A stretch of DNA of 64,000 bases from Camelus ferus (GCF_009834535.1 NC_045697.1:101868001-101932000); one strand, 5' to 3'; shown: positions 1 to 15,003, counted from the first letter of the stretch. Made by a program: numbers and translations. Notes: generated by a model not told the origin, from the letters alone.

Positions 1-1721
1 TTCCAGTTTAATCTGTGCCAGATTCAGTGAGGGTGACTCATTTTGTGACTGAGACAAACATTCCCATTTGGAGCATGTTAAAAATAAATAAATAAGTGGC
101 AGGTGCTGCTTGGCTAAATTCTGTGTTTTACTGCTGTAATTTCCTGCTGCAAGGGTTCATCGCTTAGATAATGTCTTCGCGGCCTCTGTAATCGCTAGCC
201 CAATCTGTCTAGTGCCCTGCAACTCATTGCCGCTCATTTCTTGGCTATTTATCTCATTTTCCAAGGGCCTTTTAAATTTTAACCATATCATTTCAACCGG
301 GGAGCCAAGAAATGGATGGGGGAGGGGGACACAGTCAGCTGGCACACAGAGTGACACATAAACTATAGCAAAAGGATATATTGCGTTCTTTCTTCTTTTT
401 GTCATTTTCCCAAGGTGTTTTGTGCACATGTTTTGATAAAATTTAGTTACGTTTATTTTATTATGTATGGGTTTAGTATTGGAGCTCTTTTTCTTAAGTG
501 GAACAGGTTTTGAAAGCATGCCTTTCTATTCAGTGCGGCCCATGCATCTAAACTAATTGTCTCAAAAATCTTACAACTTCATAGTCTTAGGGGAACTATT
601 TTATGTACAAATATTTCTAAATACCAAGCCCTGTGCTATGCAGTAAGTATGTAATGGCAAGTAAAGTAGACATGGTTACTATCTTCTTGGCCTTTACATT
701 CTGCCTGGGGAGTTAAATACTAAATAAATAAATACAAAGAAAACTTGGATTGCAAAATTACAAAAATCACTACAGGGGTAAGTGATGGGGTCACTAAAAT
801 CATGCCCTCCTCTGCATGGGTGGTGGCTGGGCTGAGGGTGGTCAGGAAAGGGAAGGCCTAAATGTCAAAGTCTGCCTGGCAAAGAGAGGAGAGAACATCC
901 TGGACTTAAGGAACAGCATGTGCAAAGTCCCTGAGGCAGGAAACAAGTTTGGCATCCTATAAACCATATCATTAGAAGGGGAGAAGTGACAACTGATAAA
1001 ACTTCAGAGAAAAAAAATACTGTATTTAAAAATTTATGGATGAACTATACAAGCAGCAGTTTGGCACTATTCAGTATAGGAGCAAATGACCCTCCATACA
1101 GTCCAGCGGCCTGAGAGCTTCACTGAAGTGCAGTATAGAAATTAATGCCTGTAATACTTAGCTTATGTCATTGGGGAATGGATGAATTATGTTCCATGAA
1201 TTATGTAGTAAGGCATTTTAGAAAGATTCCTATGTAAGAATTAAATTTTTAAAAAGTTATCTGTGTTTAAAGACGGAGCCGTCACTATCTAGAGAAATCA
1301 CTTACTTACAAAAAGGTATGATTCCTTGATGGCCCTGGATAAATGACATAATACTGTATTTTCTTTTCTCTTTACTTCTCTATTAATTTGTTCAAGCTTA
1401 CTGCTTGATAGGAAGGTATCCATAAAGACATAACTTTACTAAGAGATGCTACTTATTTATTTTGAAGTAACATATTAACTGAATGGATTTTTAGAATGTA
1501 GAAACCAGTGCTAAATTTCATGTGAATTTAACACTTTATGACTTTTCAGTATTATCTAAGCCATCTGTAGAATTCCAACACTGCCGACTCCTGGACATCA
1601 GCTGATCATTTGCTTTTAACTTTGGGCTGCAGTCACACTAAAAAGTTAATTTAAAATCTTGATGATATTAAAGAACTGCATACATAATATTTTTAGGTCT
1701 TTGTAATTTTTCCACTTTGAA

Positions 1722-1809
1722 TTTTTTTTTAAATGGAGGTACTGGGGATTGAACCCAGGACTTTGTGCATGCTAAGCACGGGCTCTATCACTGAGCTGTA
1801 CCCTCCCCC
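1722..1809 (-). mobile_element. tRNA-derived SINE (Vic-1-like)
   Basis: Reverse complement reads GGGGGAGGGTACAGCTCAGTGATAGAG...GGTTCAATCCCCAGTACCTCCATT plus an A tail, with A and B boxes. Confidence 0.85.
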
Positions 1810-2547
1810 ATTTTTCTACTTATCTTCTTATTTAAGGATTGCATAAGTTTTTCCATGAAGGAATATGTGTCCATTTAGCAATATTTCTGCATATATTTTC
1901 CCAGGGTTGCTATATTCTCAAGTACTTTCATGTATGGGGTAAGTGTTTTCTTCATAATTAGTAAACTCCTTGAGAGTAGGAATCCTGAATTAGCTATTTG
2001 TATTTCTTCCCACAAGTACCAATCCGTAACTTAGTGATTGGTTATCTCATTGATTTAGTTCTTAATATATCTAAATTTTCTTGAGTGGATACAATTTAAA
2101 GAAGCTATTAAAATGTTAAATCTAAAGTTATCGGTACAGTTGTCCAAGGTATTAAAGACCAAATGAGCTGGTTTAGGGACCACTCTGCCCCCTTAGTTTT
2201 TGTTTTCCTCTCTCTCTCTGCCTCAGACCATTGTCACTGCTTCCTAGCACTCCTAGAACTGCAAGTCAAAGTTGACTCATCAGAATTTATTAAAAAAACT
2301 CGATGAAGATGGAGGCTAAGACTCAACATCTATTGGAGAAGTATATGTGGATTTTAGTTAGTCCTCCTTTCTGCTCATGTATATATTTCAGGATAAAATG
2401 AAGCAGTTTTTAGTTGGTACCATAATGCCTTTTGTGTTACAGATGCCAAGTTCTGAAAAAAAAAAAAAAAAAGAAATAGACCCTATCATGTCATACTTAT
2501 TGCTTTTGGTGATTATAAATTTAGTAGATTTTTTCAAATAGACTGAT

Positions 2548-2830
2548 ACATAGAAAACAAACTTATGGTTACCAAAGGGGAAAGGAGGGGAGGATAAATT
2601 AGGAGTTTGGGATTAACATATTAACATATATATGCTACTATAATATGTAAAATAGATAAACAACAAGAACCTACTATATAGCACAGGGAACTACATATAT
2701 TCAGTATCTTGATAACCTATAATGGAGAAGAATCTGAAAAAGAATATATGTATGTATAACTGAATCACTTTGCTGTATATCTGAAACTAACATAACATTG
2801 TAAATCAACTATACTAAAATTTTAAAAAAT
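2548..2830 (+). mobile_element. L1 3' end fragment (cetartiodactyl-type 3' UTR)
   Basis: gaaaacaaacttatggttaccaaagggg...tgtaaatcaactatact plus an A-rich tail; TSD-like aaa(t/c)agactgata. Confidence 0.75.
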
Positions 2831-3764
2831 ATCCTTAAAAACAGACTGATATGTTAATGAAAAAATGATGTTTGGGGAGAAATTGGCATATATTACGGTA
2901 CCAATATCGTGAGCATTCTTGGTCTGATTAGGCTGTATGTAGAGCACCAAGCTCATATACTACTTTGAATAAAATTTCTGAAAATGCCATAAGCATAAAG
3001 CTGTCATTACCCTAAATTATCACTGGAAGAGACGTGGTCTCATTATACTTTCCCAGAACTACGGGACTGAGATGTGATTGGTGCTCCATCCTTCTCTCCA
3101 AATGAACAGAAGTGTACAATGGCCATTAAGAAAACTTGTTTCCTTTGGGGTTCATAAATTATCACATTCCTCAGTCCTGAGTGTACTCTTTGGGCAATAT
3201 TACTTTGTAGGTTCGGTCTGGAGTAGAGAAAGTCTCTTAGTAGGTGACTGAGTCTTGCTAAAACAGGCGTCTTTTTGATCTAGCTGACTGGCCCCTAAGT
3301 AAGACCTTCAAAGAGGAGTAAGGCTTAATTCTGTCTCTGGGCAGAGATGTTGGGGTTAAAGCCAACTGTTTCAGGCAGTTGGTTCTGCTTTTATTATTTG
3401 ATCAATGTAGATTTCAAAGAGAGTAATAGTAAAAGAATTTTAGGCTTCTTTAGGTGTAAAATCATATTCAAAATTTACCAAAACTTAATGAAGGAAGTAC
3501 ATGTTGAGTGTTGGTCCAGATGGCCAATAGAAGTTTGTTGGGAAGAGAAGGAGAAAGTTTTTTTTTTTAAGTTGCATCTTGTTCTCAAGAATACAGATTT
3601 TTGCCACAGTCCATTTCTTTGCTTACTTTCCAGGTGAGAAACTAGGAAAGCTTCTCAACTCTTTTTTCTCCTCCTTATTCCTTCCTCCCCAACCCCCTCA
3701 AAAAGAGAAAACAACCTATAGATTAAAATTCGGCATGATTTAAGGCATGAGAAAACATTGCTTT

Positions 3765-4150
3765 AAAAAAAAATTGTGGTAAGATATACATAACAAAAAT
3801 TTACCATTTTAACCATTTTTCAGTGGACAGTTCAATAGCATTAAGTACTTTCACATTGTTGTGCAGCCATCACTACCATTTATCTCCAGAACTTTTTCAT
3901 CTTCTCAAACTGAAACTCTACCCATTAAACACTAACTCCCCAACCACCCTGCCGCCTTACTCTAGGCAACCACCATTTTGCTTTCTCTCTGTGTGAATTT
4001 GATTATTCTAGAGGTACTTCGTATAAATGGAATCACACAATTTTTGTCCTTTTATGACTGGCTTGTTTAACTTAGCATAATGTCTCATGGTTATCCAGGT
4101 TGTAGTATGTGTCAGAATTTTCTTCCTTTTTAAGGCAGAATAATATTTCA

Positions 4151-4181
<31 letters not shown>

Positions 4182-4208
4182 CGTATATATATATGTATAT
4201 ATATATAC

Positions 4209-4257
<49 letters not shown>

Positions 4258-5120
4258 CACACACATACATACACACACACACACACCACATTTCATTTAT
4301 TTCTTTATTCATCAATGGACACTTGGGTTGTTTCCACCTTTTGACTGTTGTGAATAATGCTGCTATGAACATGGGTGTACAGATATCTCTTTGAGACTAT
4401 GCTTTCAATACTTTTGAATATGTACCCACACTGGAGTTTATTAAAGGGCTGCCATACCATTTTTTACAGTAGTTGCACCATTTTCCATTTCCACCAGCAA
4501 AGCACAAAGGTTCTGATTTCTTCACATCCTGGCTGACACTTGCTTTTTTTGATAATAGCCATTCTAGTGTATATGAAGTAGTATCTCATTGTAGTTTTGA
4601 CTTGCCCGTCTCTTCTGATAGTGACGTTGAACATCTTACCATGTGCTTACTGGCCATTTGTATATCTTCTTTGGAGAGTCTATTCAACTCCTTTTGCCCA
4701 TTTTTAATTGGATTGTTTATATTTGTTGTCATTGAATTATAGGAGTTCTTTGTCTATTCTGGACATTTATTTCTTACCAGATACATGATTTGCAAATATT
4801 TTCTCCCATTCTGTGATTTGCCTTTTTCACTCTGCATCCTTCAAGTGTATAAAAGTTTTAAGTTTTGATGCAGTGCAGTTAACCTGTTTTTTCTTTTGTT
4901 TTCTATGGTCTTAGTGTCCTGTTCAAGAAATCATTGCCAAATCTAATATCATGAAACTTATCCATATGTATTTTTCTAAGAGTTTTATAGTTTTAGCTCT
5001 TACACTTAGGTCTTTGATCCATTTTGAGTTAATTTTTGTAAAAGGGAAGAGTCGTAACTTCATTCTTTTATACATGGTTATCCATTTTTCCCAGCATTAT
5101 TTGTTGAAACCAGTGCTTTT
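3765..5120 (-). mobile_element. Old L1 (L1MB-like) 3' portion
   Basis: Typical antisense L1 3' UTR and ORF2 end. Translates to [17 protein letters not shown] (ORF 4151..4372). Confidence 0.85.
4152..4286. repeat. Compound (TA)n(CA)n microsatellite within the L1
   Basis: Directly visible; it explains the YIYI ORFs in the track. Confidence 0.97.
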
Positions 5121-5453
5121 TTCCACTTAGTGAAAACCAAGTCTTCTTTCGTTTGTTGACTTTATTACATATCAGTGTAATATACATAACATCAATCAGT
5201 GTCTTCTAATATTTTCTCAGTAGATCTAATGGAAAATAATAAATATGTATATACGTATATGTGCACATTATTAAGTTAATTGAGGAGGCATCAGTAAACT
5301 TTGCTGGAGTGGTAGATTATTATGTCAAAACAAAAACATTGTATACGACTTCTTCTAGTCAATGCATTTGTAAAATTGGTTTGACAAGTGTGCATCTTCT
5401 TGAAAAATTTCTCTCAGATTAACACCAGATGGGTATTTTTGTTTTGTCCCTAG

Positions 5454-5748
5454 GCATGGAAGAGGAGATGGTTTGTGTTACGCAGTGGCCGTTTGACTGG
5501 AGATCCAGATGTCTTGGAATATTACAAAAATGATCATGCCAAGAAGCCTATCCGTATTATTGATTTAAATTTATGTCAGCAAGTTGATGCAGGATTGACA
5601 TTTAACAAAAAAGAGTTTGAAAACAGCTACATTTTTGATATCAACACCATTGACCGGATTTTCTACTTGGTAGCAGACAGTGAGGAGGAGATGAATAAGT
5701 GGGTTCGTTGTATTTGTGACATCTGTGGCTTTAACCCCACAGAAGAAG
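5454..5748 (+). CDS. GAB1: GAB1 exon 2 (PH domain, [12 protein letters not shown]...CGFNPTEE)
   Basis: Acceptor ttttgtccctag|GCATGG and donor GAAG|gtaagt. The 295-nt exon translates to the recognisable GAB1 PH domain. Confidence 0.98.
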
Positions 5749-6127
5749 GTAAGTTCAAGATTTTGTGATTCTTCCTGAGTTCTTTGTTACTACATTTTAA
5801 AAACTTATCAAATTCTTTATTATTTCAGTTACATGATATAATATTTTATTTTTTTTTATAACAGTAACAACATTGGGAAAAAGCAAAATCCTTTCATCAT
5901 TTTGAGGAGAAACTTCTTTTAGATTTTAGTAAGAGAGATTTAACTGTTGTGGGGCAGTGTCTAAATAATGTTCCAAAGTAGAAGGTGACAAGAAAACATA
6001 CTTACTTAATAGCATTTTTTGAGTTCCTATATAAATATTAATTTGGACCTTACAACACTGCTTATACTTGACTCTTTTATCCTATTAAAATAACATTTTC
6101 ATGTGGCTCAATGTAATTCTTTCGTAG

Positions 6128-6612
6128 TTATTTTAATTGAAGTATAATTGATGTATAATATTATGTAAGTTACAGGTGTACAATATAGTGGTTGACAATT
6201 TTTAAAGGTTATGCTCCATTCATAGTTATACTGACTATATTCTCTGTGTTGTACAATATACCCGTGTAGTTTATTTTATACTTGATAGTTTGTACCTCCT
6301 AAATCACCACCTCTATATTGCCCCTATATTCCCTCTCCCCACTGGTAACCACTAGTTTGTTTTCTGTATCTGTGAATCTGTTTCTCTTTTGCTGTATTCA
6401 CTAGTTTGTTGTATTTTTTTAGATTCCACATATAAGTGAAATCATACAGTATTTGTCTTTCTCTGTCTGACTTATTTCACTTAGCATAATGGCCTCTAAG
6501 TCCATCCATGTTGTTGCAAAAGGCAAAATTACTTCTTTTTATGGCTGAGTAGTATTCCATTGTGTATATATACCACATCATCTTCATCCATTCATCTGTT
6601 GAGGGACCCAGG
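6128..6612 (-). mobile_element. L1 3' end fragment
   Basis: ttttaattgaagtataattgat...ttccacatataagtga...ccattcatctgttga; flanks share agttatttt. Confidence 0.8.
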
Positions 6613-7125
6613 AGTTATTTTTTTAAACTATGTTGGATTGTGAAGTTATGAAATGGCCAAGGTGACTATCGATACCTATGAAAAGCAAATGAGAATCAGT
6701 CACAAACATGATGAAAAAGTAATCAACATATGAGTTTACTTAACACAGATGTTCTAAAAAGAGCAGGGAGGAAGAGGGGACTCAAGTTTTGAATAAGAGG
6801 TGGTGAAGGAAAGCTTCTCGTAGGAAGATCAGTTGTAAACTATAGGCTTTTGAAGGAAGTAGTATTCTATCTACATAAATGAAAGGAGTGATGCAGAACC
6901 TACAGGGCCTAGGGAGGGACTTAGCGGTGGAGCAGACCCCTCCTTGACTGGAGCAAGAGGGCTGTGAATGATACAGGCATGGGGAGAGTTGCTTGAGGAT
7001 CTGAGATTTGGGTGCCTTCCTGGGAAGAGCTGAGTGATTAGGGGCCTCAAGAATTTTACAAGTGGAATTCCTCTTTGGGGGCTTTTATATAGCTGTACTA
7101 GCCATGAATTCCCTGTCTGTCTTCC

Positions 7126-7223
7126 TTTTTTTTTTTCCTTTTTTAAATGGAGGTACTGGGGATTGAACCCAGGGCCTTGTGCATACTAAGCATACACTCT
7201 ACGAACTGAACTGTACCCTCCCC
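7126..7223 (-). mobile_element. tRNA-derived SINE (Vic-1-like)
   Basis: Same consensus; flanks share tcttccttttt (TSD-like). Confidence 0.85.
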
Positions 7224-10200
7224 ACTTATCTTCCTTTTTAAAACAAACACTAAGAACCCTTGTAGGGGACTCCAATCCACATTTAGGTTTGCAGAGCCAA
7301 GAATCAGTAATAAAGGCGGCCTGAGGTCTTTGATCCCGTTGTCCTCATGGTTATACTCACATTGACAAGGGTGCATTCCCGAATATCTATATTTAGGAGG
7401 GCTGCAGATGCAGTGAGGAGTGGAAAAATTGTATTAACAGTCAACAGCAAGATTTGGATTGAAGTGAAACAGTAATTTTATCTCTAATTATCTCTAATTA
7501 GCTCGGGTCAGCATGCTGTTTCCTCTCTGGCCGGTTAGTCCCCAGGAGGAAAAGGCTTCCAGGGCTGAGATTGGCCCAGTGGGGAGGGGGGATCCCCTTG
7601 AGGAGGGCATCCAGAATGCCCAAGGGAAAGCAGCACTGAGAAAGGGAAGGGGGCGGCTGATTTCCACAGGAGGCTAATGACCTGGAACTCTTCAACTGGG
7701 TTCTACTGATTAAAAGCCTCAAGAAAGTGTTGCACATGTGGAATCAAGGCTTCAGTTGTTTTTGTCAAGTTACTAAGTATGCTCACATTCTAAGTGGACC
7801 TGGGGGTATTATTTCTAACTCCAGTTAAACGCCTTTCCTTTCTTGTTTGCATACATAGTCTATATTTGAGTACAGCGGAGGATTTTTTTAAGTCACAAAT
7901 GAGATGGCTCTCTTTTTAATGGTGATTTAACAGCCACTCAGTAATGATAATTATTGGATTTAGGCATCACGTTCATTTCCTTGTAGGGTCGATTTTCAGC
8001 TAAAATGATTTAAGTAGTTGTATAATCTTTGTGTTGATGTTCTTTTGCCTGCTACCTTCTCAATTTAGGATTTGTCTGGGGGACATAAAGGCCGACTTCT
8101 GTCTCCATTGACTGCCGTATAGATTCACCTGATCTGAAAGACCTTGGTAGATGTCCTCTGTCTCTCTTTGTTTTCTCTATAATTCTCCTATTTAATGAAG
8201 GATATGAGATGCCCTCTTAGTACATTCTTCCATCTAGGAATGTGAGTGTAATTTTGGGCAGCTCATTCAGGGGAGGTTCGAGTTGCAAACCCCCAAAATG
8301 AGAATCTCTAATGCTCCAGTGTCCCAGGTTAACTTTGCAAGGTTTAAGGCATGGAGTCTGATCCATTTGTCCACCACAGAATGATTCTTATCACCTGAGA
8401 GCTTCCTTAACACCCAGTCATCTCTGGAAAGAAGATGAATTTTGTCTGCTTTAGAAAATTAATTCATCAATCTACCAAATTATTTGGGTTTGCCAGCTCT
8501 CTACAAGGCTGTGGGCATTCATTCAACCAACACATATTAAGTGACTAGTTAGGGAGACAGATGGCAAATGTTATAGACAGGGAACTGAGCATCCAGTGGG
8601 GGAAGAGTCATACCCCAAATAATTCATTCCAGTGGATAAGCACAGGTTGTGCATATATGCATGTGTATGTTTGTGTGTACATATGTTTATATGGGTATAT
8701 GTATATGTTTTTATTCATTTATATGGATCATACTTTGTATAAATCATACTTTAACATATATTAAAGTATTAATGCATAATATTAAGGTATAATTATATAT
8801 ATATTAAAGTATGTTACTGAGTGTGTAAATACAGTTCTTGCCCTCATAGAGCTTACAGTCAGTCTAGTAGGAGAGTCAGGCATATAATCTAGGAATTATA
8901 ATGCCAGTTGACAGGTGCTCTGCTAAAGAGAAAAAAAGCACAGATAACAGCTGAGATCATCTTAGGGGAGGGGTCAGGGAAAGCCTACGTAGTTTTAAAT
9001 GGCTCTGTGACAATAACTGACTGTACTGAGGACTTTATTTTTGCCCTTCGTGGAACATTTTCATTGGTATTAGTAGTCAGAATTGGTTACAATGCCTGTT
9101 TTTACTTCATAAAAGGTATAGGGAGGGGGAATGTTTCAAAACTTCATAGCCACATTTTCAGCAGCAAAACTCCCAAATCCTTGTAAAACAGATTAGAAGT
9201 GTATTTGCTTTAAGTGAAGCTCTCAATTTGTGAACTTTTAATCTTCACAATATCCATAAAAGGGGAAGTTGCAAGAAAATTAACAGTATGATTAATCAGA
9301 CTTGGTATATATAAGCAGAGTTGGTTACCAAGAATAGCTATGCTAATCACAGATAATTTTTATCTGTTCGTTAAAGCAAGCCCCTAAGGACCTCAGTTTG
9401 CCAATACTTTTTCATTTTAGTTCCTGAACTATATCTAAATGCAAATGTTTGTATTTTTTTCGTTCTATGATTTAGATTTTTTTACGAGTTCATCCTGGTC
9501 GTCTCCCAAAGAGCCATAGTTAGAAATCTCTCTTACTGTACTATGTTGAAGACTTGAGTTTCTTGGACTAAATCAGTGAAAGATGAGCAGTCCTTCATTG
9601 TGTAATACCAAGGAGCCACACAAACACTCATTTTGCTCTATAATTTTGGGTTTTTAAATGTAGTAGCAATTTTCCAAAAAGGCTTTAAAGGCAGCCACCA
9701 TTATTTCCCTGTTCATTTGTACTAGCTGACTTTGCTAGACGCCCTCTTTAAAATTCCACGTATTTAAAGATGTGTATCAAATGCTGAACCACAGAGAATT
9801 GCTATTATTCTTTGTGATCACATTCATACAGTTTACTATGACAAGGTAAATATCAGAATGTCTTTGTTCCTCCATTAACTTTACTACCTGCTTTATAATC
9901 TCTTGCTTCCAGGTAGATCTCACCTCCACTCACTGAAAAATAGGTGCTTTTGTTTTTACCTAGATCTGTCCCCTGAGCCTTGTGTGTCCTTCCTTTTTCA
10001 GACAGCTGAATATGCTCCCACTCTTGGCTTCAAATTAATAACACGAAATGATTTTTCATTCTAACTAGTTTCAGGGTAGACGTGGGAAGAAATAGACTCT
10101 GCTTGGATTTTACAGTCTGAGAAAATAAGTATGCCCAATCCCTAGGAGAGTAACTAATCTTCTCCTGAAAACAAAAGGAAAGGGGAAAAATCTGACCTGT

Positions 10201-10744
10201 GTTTTGATTCCAGGAACCTCTCAAAATATCGTTACCACTGTTATTTCCGCTGCCCCAGGTGACCACTGCTATTATTGCACACTCAGAATGCTGGCAGGCT
10301 GAATCTGTTTTTCAATTCTAGCTCATTGAACTGTGTGTGGTTCCTATGAATGTTTTTATTTAGTAGATTTGCGAGTAGAAACTAATTTCTTTTGTTTTTC
10401 TTGGAAATGTGCAGATTTATTTTTGTTTCTCCACCGAAGTAGAAGCTGTGAAATCTGCTAAACAAGACCTGGGAAACATAGCCCTAAGGCTGAACTCAGC
10501 TAACCAACTTGGCATGAAGGCTCCTGGTCTAATTTCAGGAGCAAGTTTAGAAAGTTGCCTCTTAATCAGTTGAGTTGCTATACTCAAAATGCTCAGCTAA
10601 TACTGGTTTAAGAAAAAAAATAGCGTAATTCTCTGTTAGATAGTCTTCCCTTTAGAAAAGTAGGGAAAAACTACCATGTGAGAGAATATACACACGCTCC
10701 CACTCCTATAAAGCAGAGCTTCTTAATTGGGGAACTTAAATTTC

Positions 10745-11500
10745 TGTTTATTTAGTATTTTATTCAGGTATAACTTAAACCACTGTCAAAGGCACAGATC
10801 TTAAGTGTACGTACGGTTCAATATAGTTTTATACATTCATTCCATATCTATATGTAGAAATAGGAATCTATGAAACCCCGCTCAGATCGAGAAATGGAAC
10901 ATTTCCAGTCCCCTAGAAGTTTTCTCATGCTTTTTCCCAGTAAAAACACAGAACAAATTTCAAATGTAACCATTATTTTGCTTCTATTACCATAGATTAG
11001 TTTTGCCCCTACTTGACTGTAATATAAATAAAACCATCGAGTCCAGCTTCTTTTTTCCGACAGTAAGTCTGTGAGATTCATCCGTGGAGCATGGGCGGGA
11101 GTTCTACATCTATATAGAGTTCCATTGTGTGACTATATCACAAACTATTGATCTCTTTGAATGTTGACAGACATTTGGCTTGTTTCCAGTGTTTAGTTAA
11201 TACACGTAGAACTGCTGTGAACATTCTTACGTGGATCTTTTGAGGGACATGAGCACTTAGCTTTTTTAGGTATATACCCATTAGTGGAATTGCTGCCTCA
11301 TAGGGTACATTTATTTAGTTTTAGTAGATTTCGTAGCTTTAGTTTTCCAAAGTTACTGTACTAATTGTTTTCCTACCAACGGCATATACAATTTCCAGTT
11401 ACTTTATAAAGTTCTCGCCAGTGTTTGGTATTGTTGATCATGAGTTTTAGCCATTCCAGTGAGTGTGTAGTGGTTTTAATTTGTATTTTTCTGAGGACCA
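10745..11500 (-). mobile_element. Old degraded L1 3' region (L1MC/MD-like)
   Basis: Antisense L1 motifs gacatttggcttgtttccag and gtatatacccattagtggaattgctg. Confidence 0.65.
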
Positions 11501-12346
11501 ATTGAACCAGAGTTTGTTTGTTCTAATTTGTCTTATTTTGTTTTATCACATATTTTCAAACTACTGCCCCTGAGATCTTGATTCATTGGGTCCCCTGAGG
11601 TGAGGCACCTAGTGATTGTAGCGATCCTGAGGCCATGACACCTCTGGATAAGAATTCAGGCATTTGTCAGCACTGACTAACGGTTTATTTTAAAAAGTCT
11701 CCTGGAATGTTTTCACACTCTGTTAAGGAGATGGTCATGACAAATAAAATTTTCAACTTGAAACCCATTAAAGAGATTGGGCTATGATTAAACATCTTCA
11801 ATATTTGATTAAGTAAATTGAAGAAATTTCAGGTTGCAACCCTGAAAATTGCAACTACTGCTATTTCTAGTTTGTATTCCTTTGTTAGATTTATCTTTAT
11901 AAGATGTTCTTCCATAAAGAAGGGTGTGTTCAGAAGTGAGAAGATGGTTATTTTCGTATTAATAATAGTGCATACTCTTTATGGACTCTTGTTTGCTAGA
12001 TTAATTAGACATAGATCTATTTGAAATGCATCTCTTTAGAGGGAAAAAAAAATCTATGACAGACCAGGTAAATCAAGAATGAAAAGAAACAGAGGGACCT
12101 TAACCTGTATACCTTTCACTGTGAACCTGAAGGAAAACTTTCACAGTAGAAACAAAAAAATGTTTTGTCAGCAAATGTAGCCCATCTTTGGAGAAAAGGA
12201 TCTCATCTGATCTCCTGACGGGAGGTGAGCGACACCACAGCTTCATCACCACATGCTCAAGTAGGGTATGTCAGTAGTTACAAAAGCAGACGACCTTTCT
12301 CGTCCACCTGGAAATAGTCTACCTTACCAATAAGAAAGAGTACGAT

Positions 12347-12470
12347 GGGCGGGTGGTGTAACTCAGTGGTAGAGCCCGTGCTTAGCATGTACAGGGTCCC
12401 AGGTTCAATCCCCAGTATCTCCATCAAATAAATAAATAAACCTAATTACCTCTCCTCCAAAAAATAAAAA
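12347..12470 (+). mobile_element. tRNA-derived SINE (Vic-1-like, long-tail form)
   Basis: A box, B box GGTTCAATCC, then an aataaacctaattacctc tail. Confidence 0.85.
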
Positions 12471-13951
12471 GAGGGAGTAGGATTGCTTCCCTAGGCTTAA
12501 GCTTTTGTGCCATCTGGTTAAAAAAATACATAGTGTTTTGAATATTTAGAGGCATTATCTGGTCACCCCCAACTTCTGTGAGGGACACTAACACCAGGGC
12601 CTTTTGGTTTCAGATAGAATAAAACTGTGCATTAAGGAAGGTCAGGATCATGTGAACCAATTTATTATTGTTGGGTCTCCTCACAGAACCATCTAGTCCT
12701 CTTCACGGAAAACTCGTGAAGGCTTTCCTTAGCAGTACTTACTTGCTTTCCAAGTAAAGTTCAATTTAAGAGTTTGATATTGCAGCCTATTAGACCTCTG
12801 ATGGGTGCTAATTATTACTCTTCATGCCTTCTGAATTAAGAGACAGGAAATAATTGTACACACATAAGCAAACCCTAAGCTGATGTTCGGTTCTCAGAAA
12901 CATTATACCAGCATTACTTAGAAAGAGCAGTAAGTTGGAAACCCAAGTGAGGCAGAAAGTAGTAAACAGTCTGCCCAACTACTCATGGGGTAGTCACATG
13001 TCTTTATAAGGTGGAACAGAAGTTTCTTTTTTCAGACCAGTTGGTTAACTTTGGCTGGAAACTTTATGTTAGAGAATATTTAGATACCATGCATGCTGAC
13101 AAGATACGCAGAGTTGAGTCTCTAGTCGAATTAACATGAGTAAAATCACTAAAACTTTGAAGATGGTACGTTATCTGAGCCCAAAGTAGTAAAGCAGTGT
13201 CCCCTTCCCCTTTAAGTCCCCTGTAGCCATGTTGTTCAAAATGGTTTGCTGTTCATGGCTATTTAAAGTCTTTTCTTCCATGAGCTTGCTAGTGAATAAA
13301 ATGAAAGTTTCTGTCTGATTCTTGCCTTTTAGAAATATACAGAAGTCTTCCCATATTGTAAACAAGATTTAAAAAAAAAAAGGACTTTTGAATCCTGGTT
13401 CTTTTTATTATTTTTCTTTTCATTTTTCTTTTCTTCCCCCCCCCCCCCCCAGGAAGTTGAGAGGATCTTGAAGCTATACAGTAAAAACAGTTTTGTCATT
13501 CACAGGCGGGAGAAAGGGAAGGTTAAAAATGAGACGATCCCATTGTGTTAATAAAATAGACAAAAGGGATTGCTTGATGGGGTGACTTTTTTCCCACTTA
13601 CGATGAATCACTCAGTTCATGTAGTGTATAGCCATCTAGTTTAGAAAAAATACTAAAGGAAAAGTGTTATCTGTAAAAACAACCACCTGGAAAAGTTATT
13701 TTAGGAGTTACAGTGGAAAAGTAGAATTCATACTGTTTTATGTAGTAATGTATTTCCAGTGTTCACTTTCATTTCATTTGGTCAAAACTAAAAATTGAAC
13801 TGGATTATACCATTTTACTTTATCTCTATGTAGAAGAAAGAAGAAATATATAAAATATACTTGTGAATGCACCCTGTAGGATCCAGCAGCTGCTTTCTGA
13901 TCCCTCTGCTTTTTTTTCCTCTCCAGTGTTGAATATATTCTTCTTAAGCTG

Positions 13952-14272
13952 TTTATTTTATTTTTTATTTTTATTGAAGTATCATTGATTTACAATGTTG
14001 TGTTAGTTTCTGGTGTACAGCACAGTGACTCAGTTATACATCTATATATTCTTTCTCATACTCTTTCATTACAAGTTATTGTAACCTATTAAATGTAGTT
14101 CCCTGTGCTATACAGTAGGACCTCCTTGTTTATCCATTTTATATGTAGTACGGTGTATCCGCTGATCCCAAATGTCCCCCATTTCCCCTTTGGTAACCGT
14201 AAGTTTGTTTTCTGTGTCTGTTAGTCTCTTTCTGTTTTATAAACAAGTTCATTTGTATTGTACCATTTTTTT
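13952..14272 (-). mobile_element. L1 3' end fragment, same type as 2548-2830 but inverted
   Basis: ttttattgaagtatcattgatttacaatgttg...cccctttggtaaccgtaagtttgttttc. Confidence 0.78.
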
Positions 14273-15003
14273 AAGCTCCTTAAAGGGTAAATATTTTTCA
14301 TAGTTTTAAGTTTGATAATCCACGAGGATTTACTCTAAGTCACTGATCTGTCCATGGCATTTTAAATCCCCTTAAATAAATCTCTTTATATTTGTAACAT
14401 AATCAAAACAGCAAGACAGTTCATAGGGTATGCTATATACACTGTAATCAGTGTCATTTAGACATGGTGAAGTAGTTATCAGTTCCCATGAAATGTTGGC
14501 ATGATGTTGTATAAATGTCCAAAAATTCATTTCTCTTTTCTCACCACTTTGTGTTCTGGCCCTTCGTCAATAAGAAAGAATTAACTAATTAATCCCTGTC
14601 ATAAAGTGTTAGATTTTGTTGGGTGAGCCTGTATGAAGACTTGATGTTTCATGAAGCATAACAAAGCCAGAACGTTGGAAATTAGCTCCACTTCTGTGTA
14701 CTCGGGCCAGATTGTCCAACTGAAAGATATTTCTGTACTCAGTTAGCACCTAGTAGGTCTCACAAGTTTCTGGAGGAGCAAATTCCAAAGTGCAGGTGCA
14801 TGCAAATGGGTCTTGCAGATTCGGGGGGGGCCTGGCTTTCATGTCTTCCAACCTGACGTGGAGAAAGTGCTAAGTGAGTTTCAGCTGGGTGAAGGAAATA
14901 TTTTTGAGCATCTACCCCAGGAGTTCTGATTCTTTTTGTTTGGTTGGGGGACCCACAATTAATGATTAATTAAATCAAACTAATTAAAGATAGCCATACT
15001 AAT

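Noticed and set aside
157..519. 120-aa minus-strand ORF
   Set aside because: No recognisable homology; antisense intronic ORF of a length that can arise by chance.
4008..4394. Five overlapping ORFs with YIYIY/VCVC runs
   Set aside because: They are translations of the (TA)n(CA)n microsatellite inside an L1.
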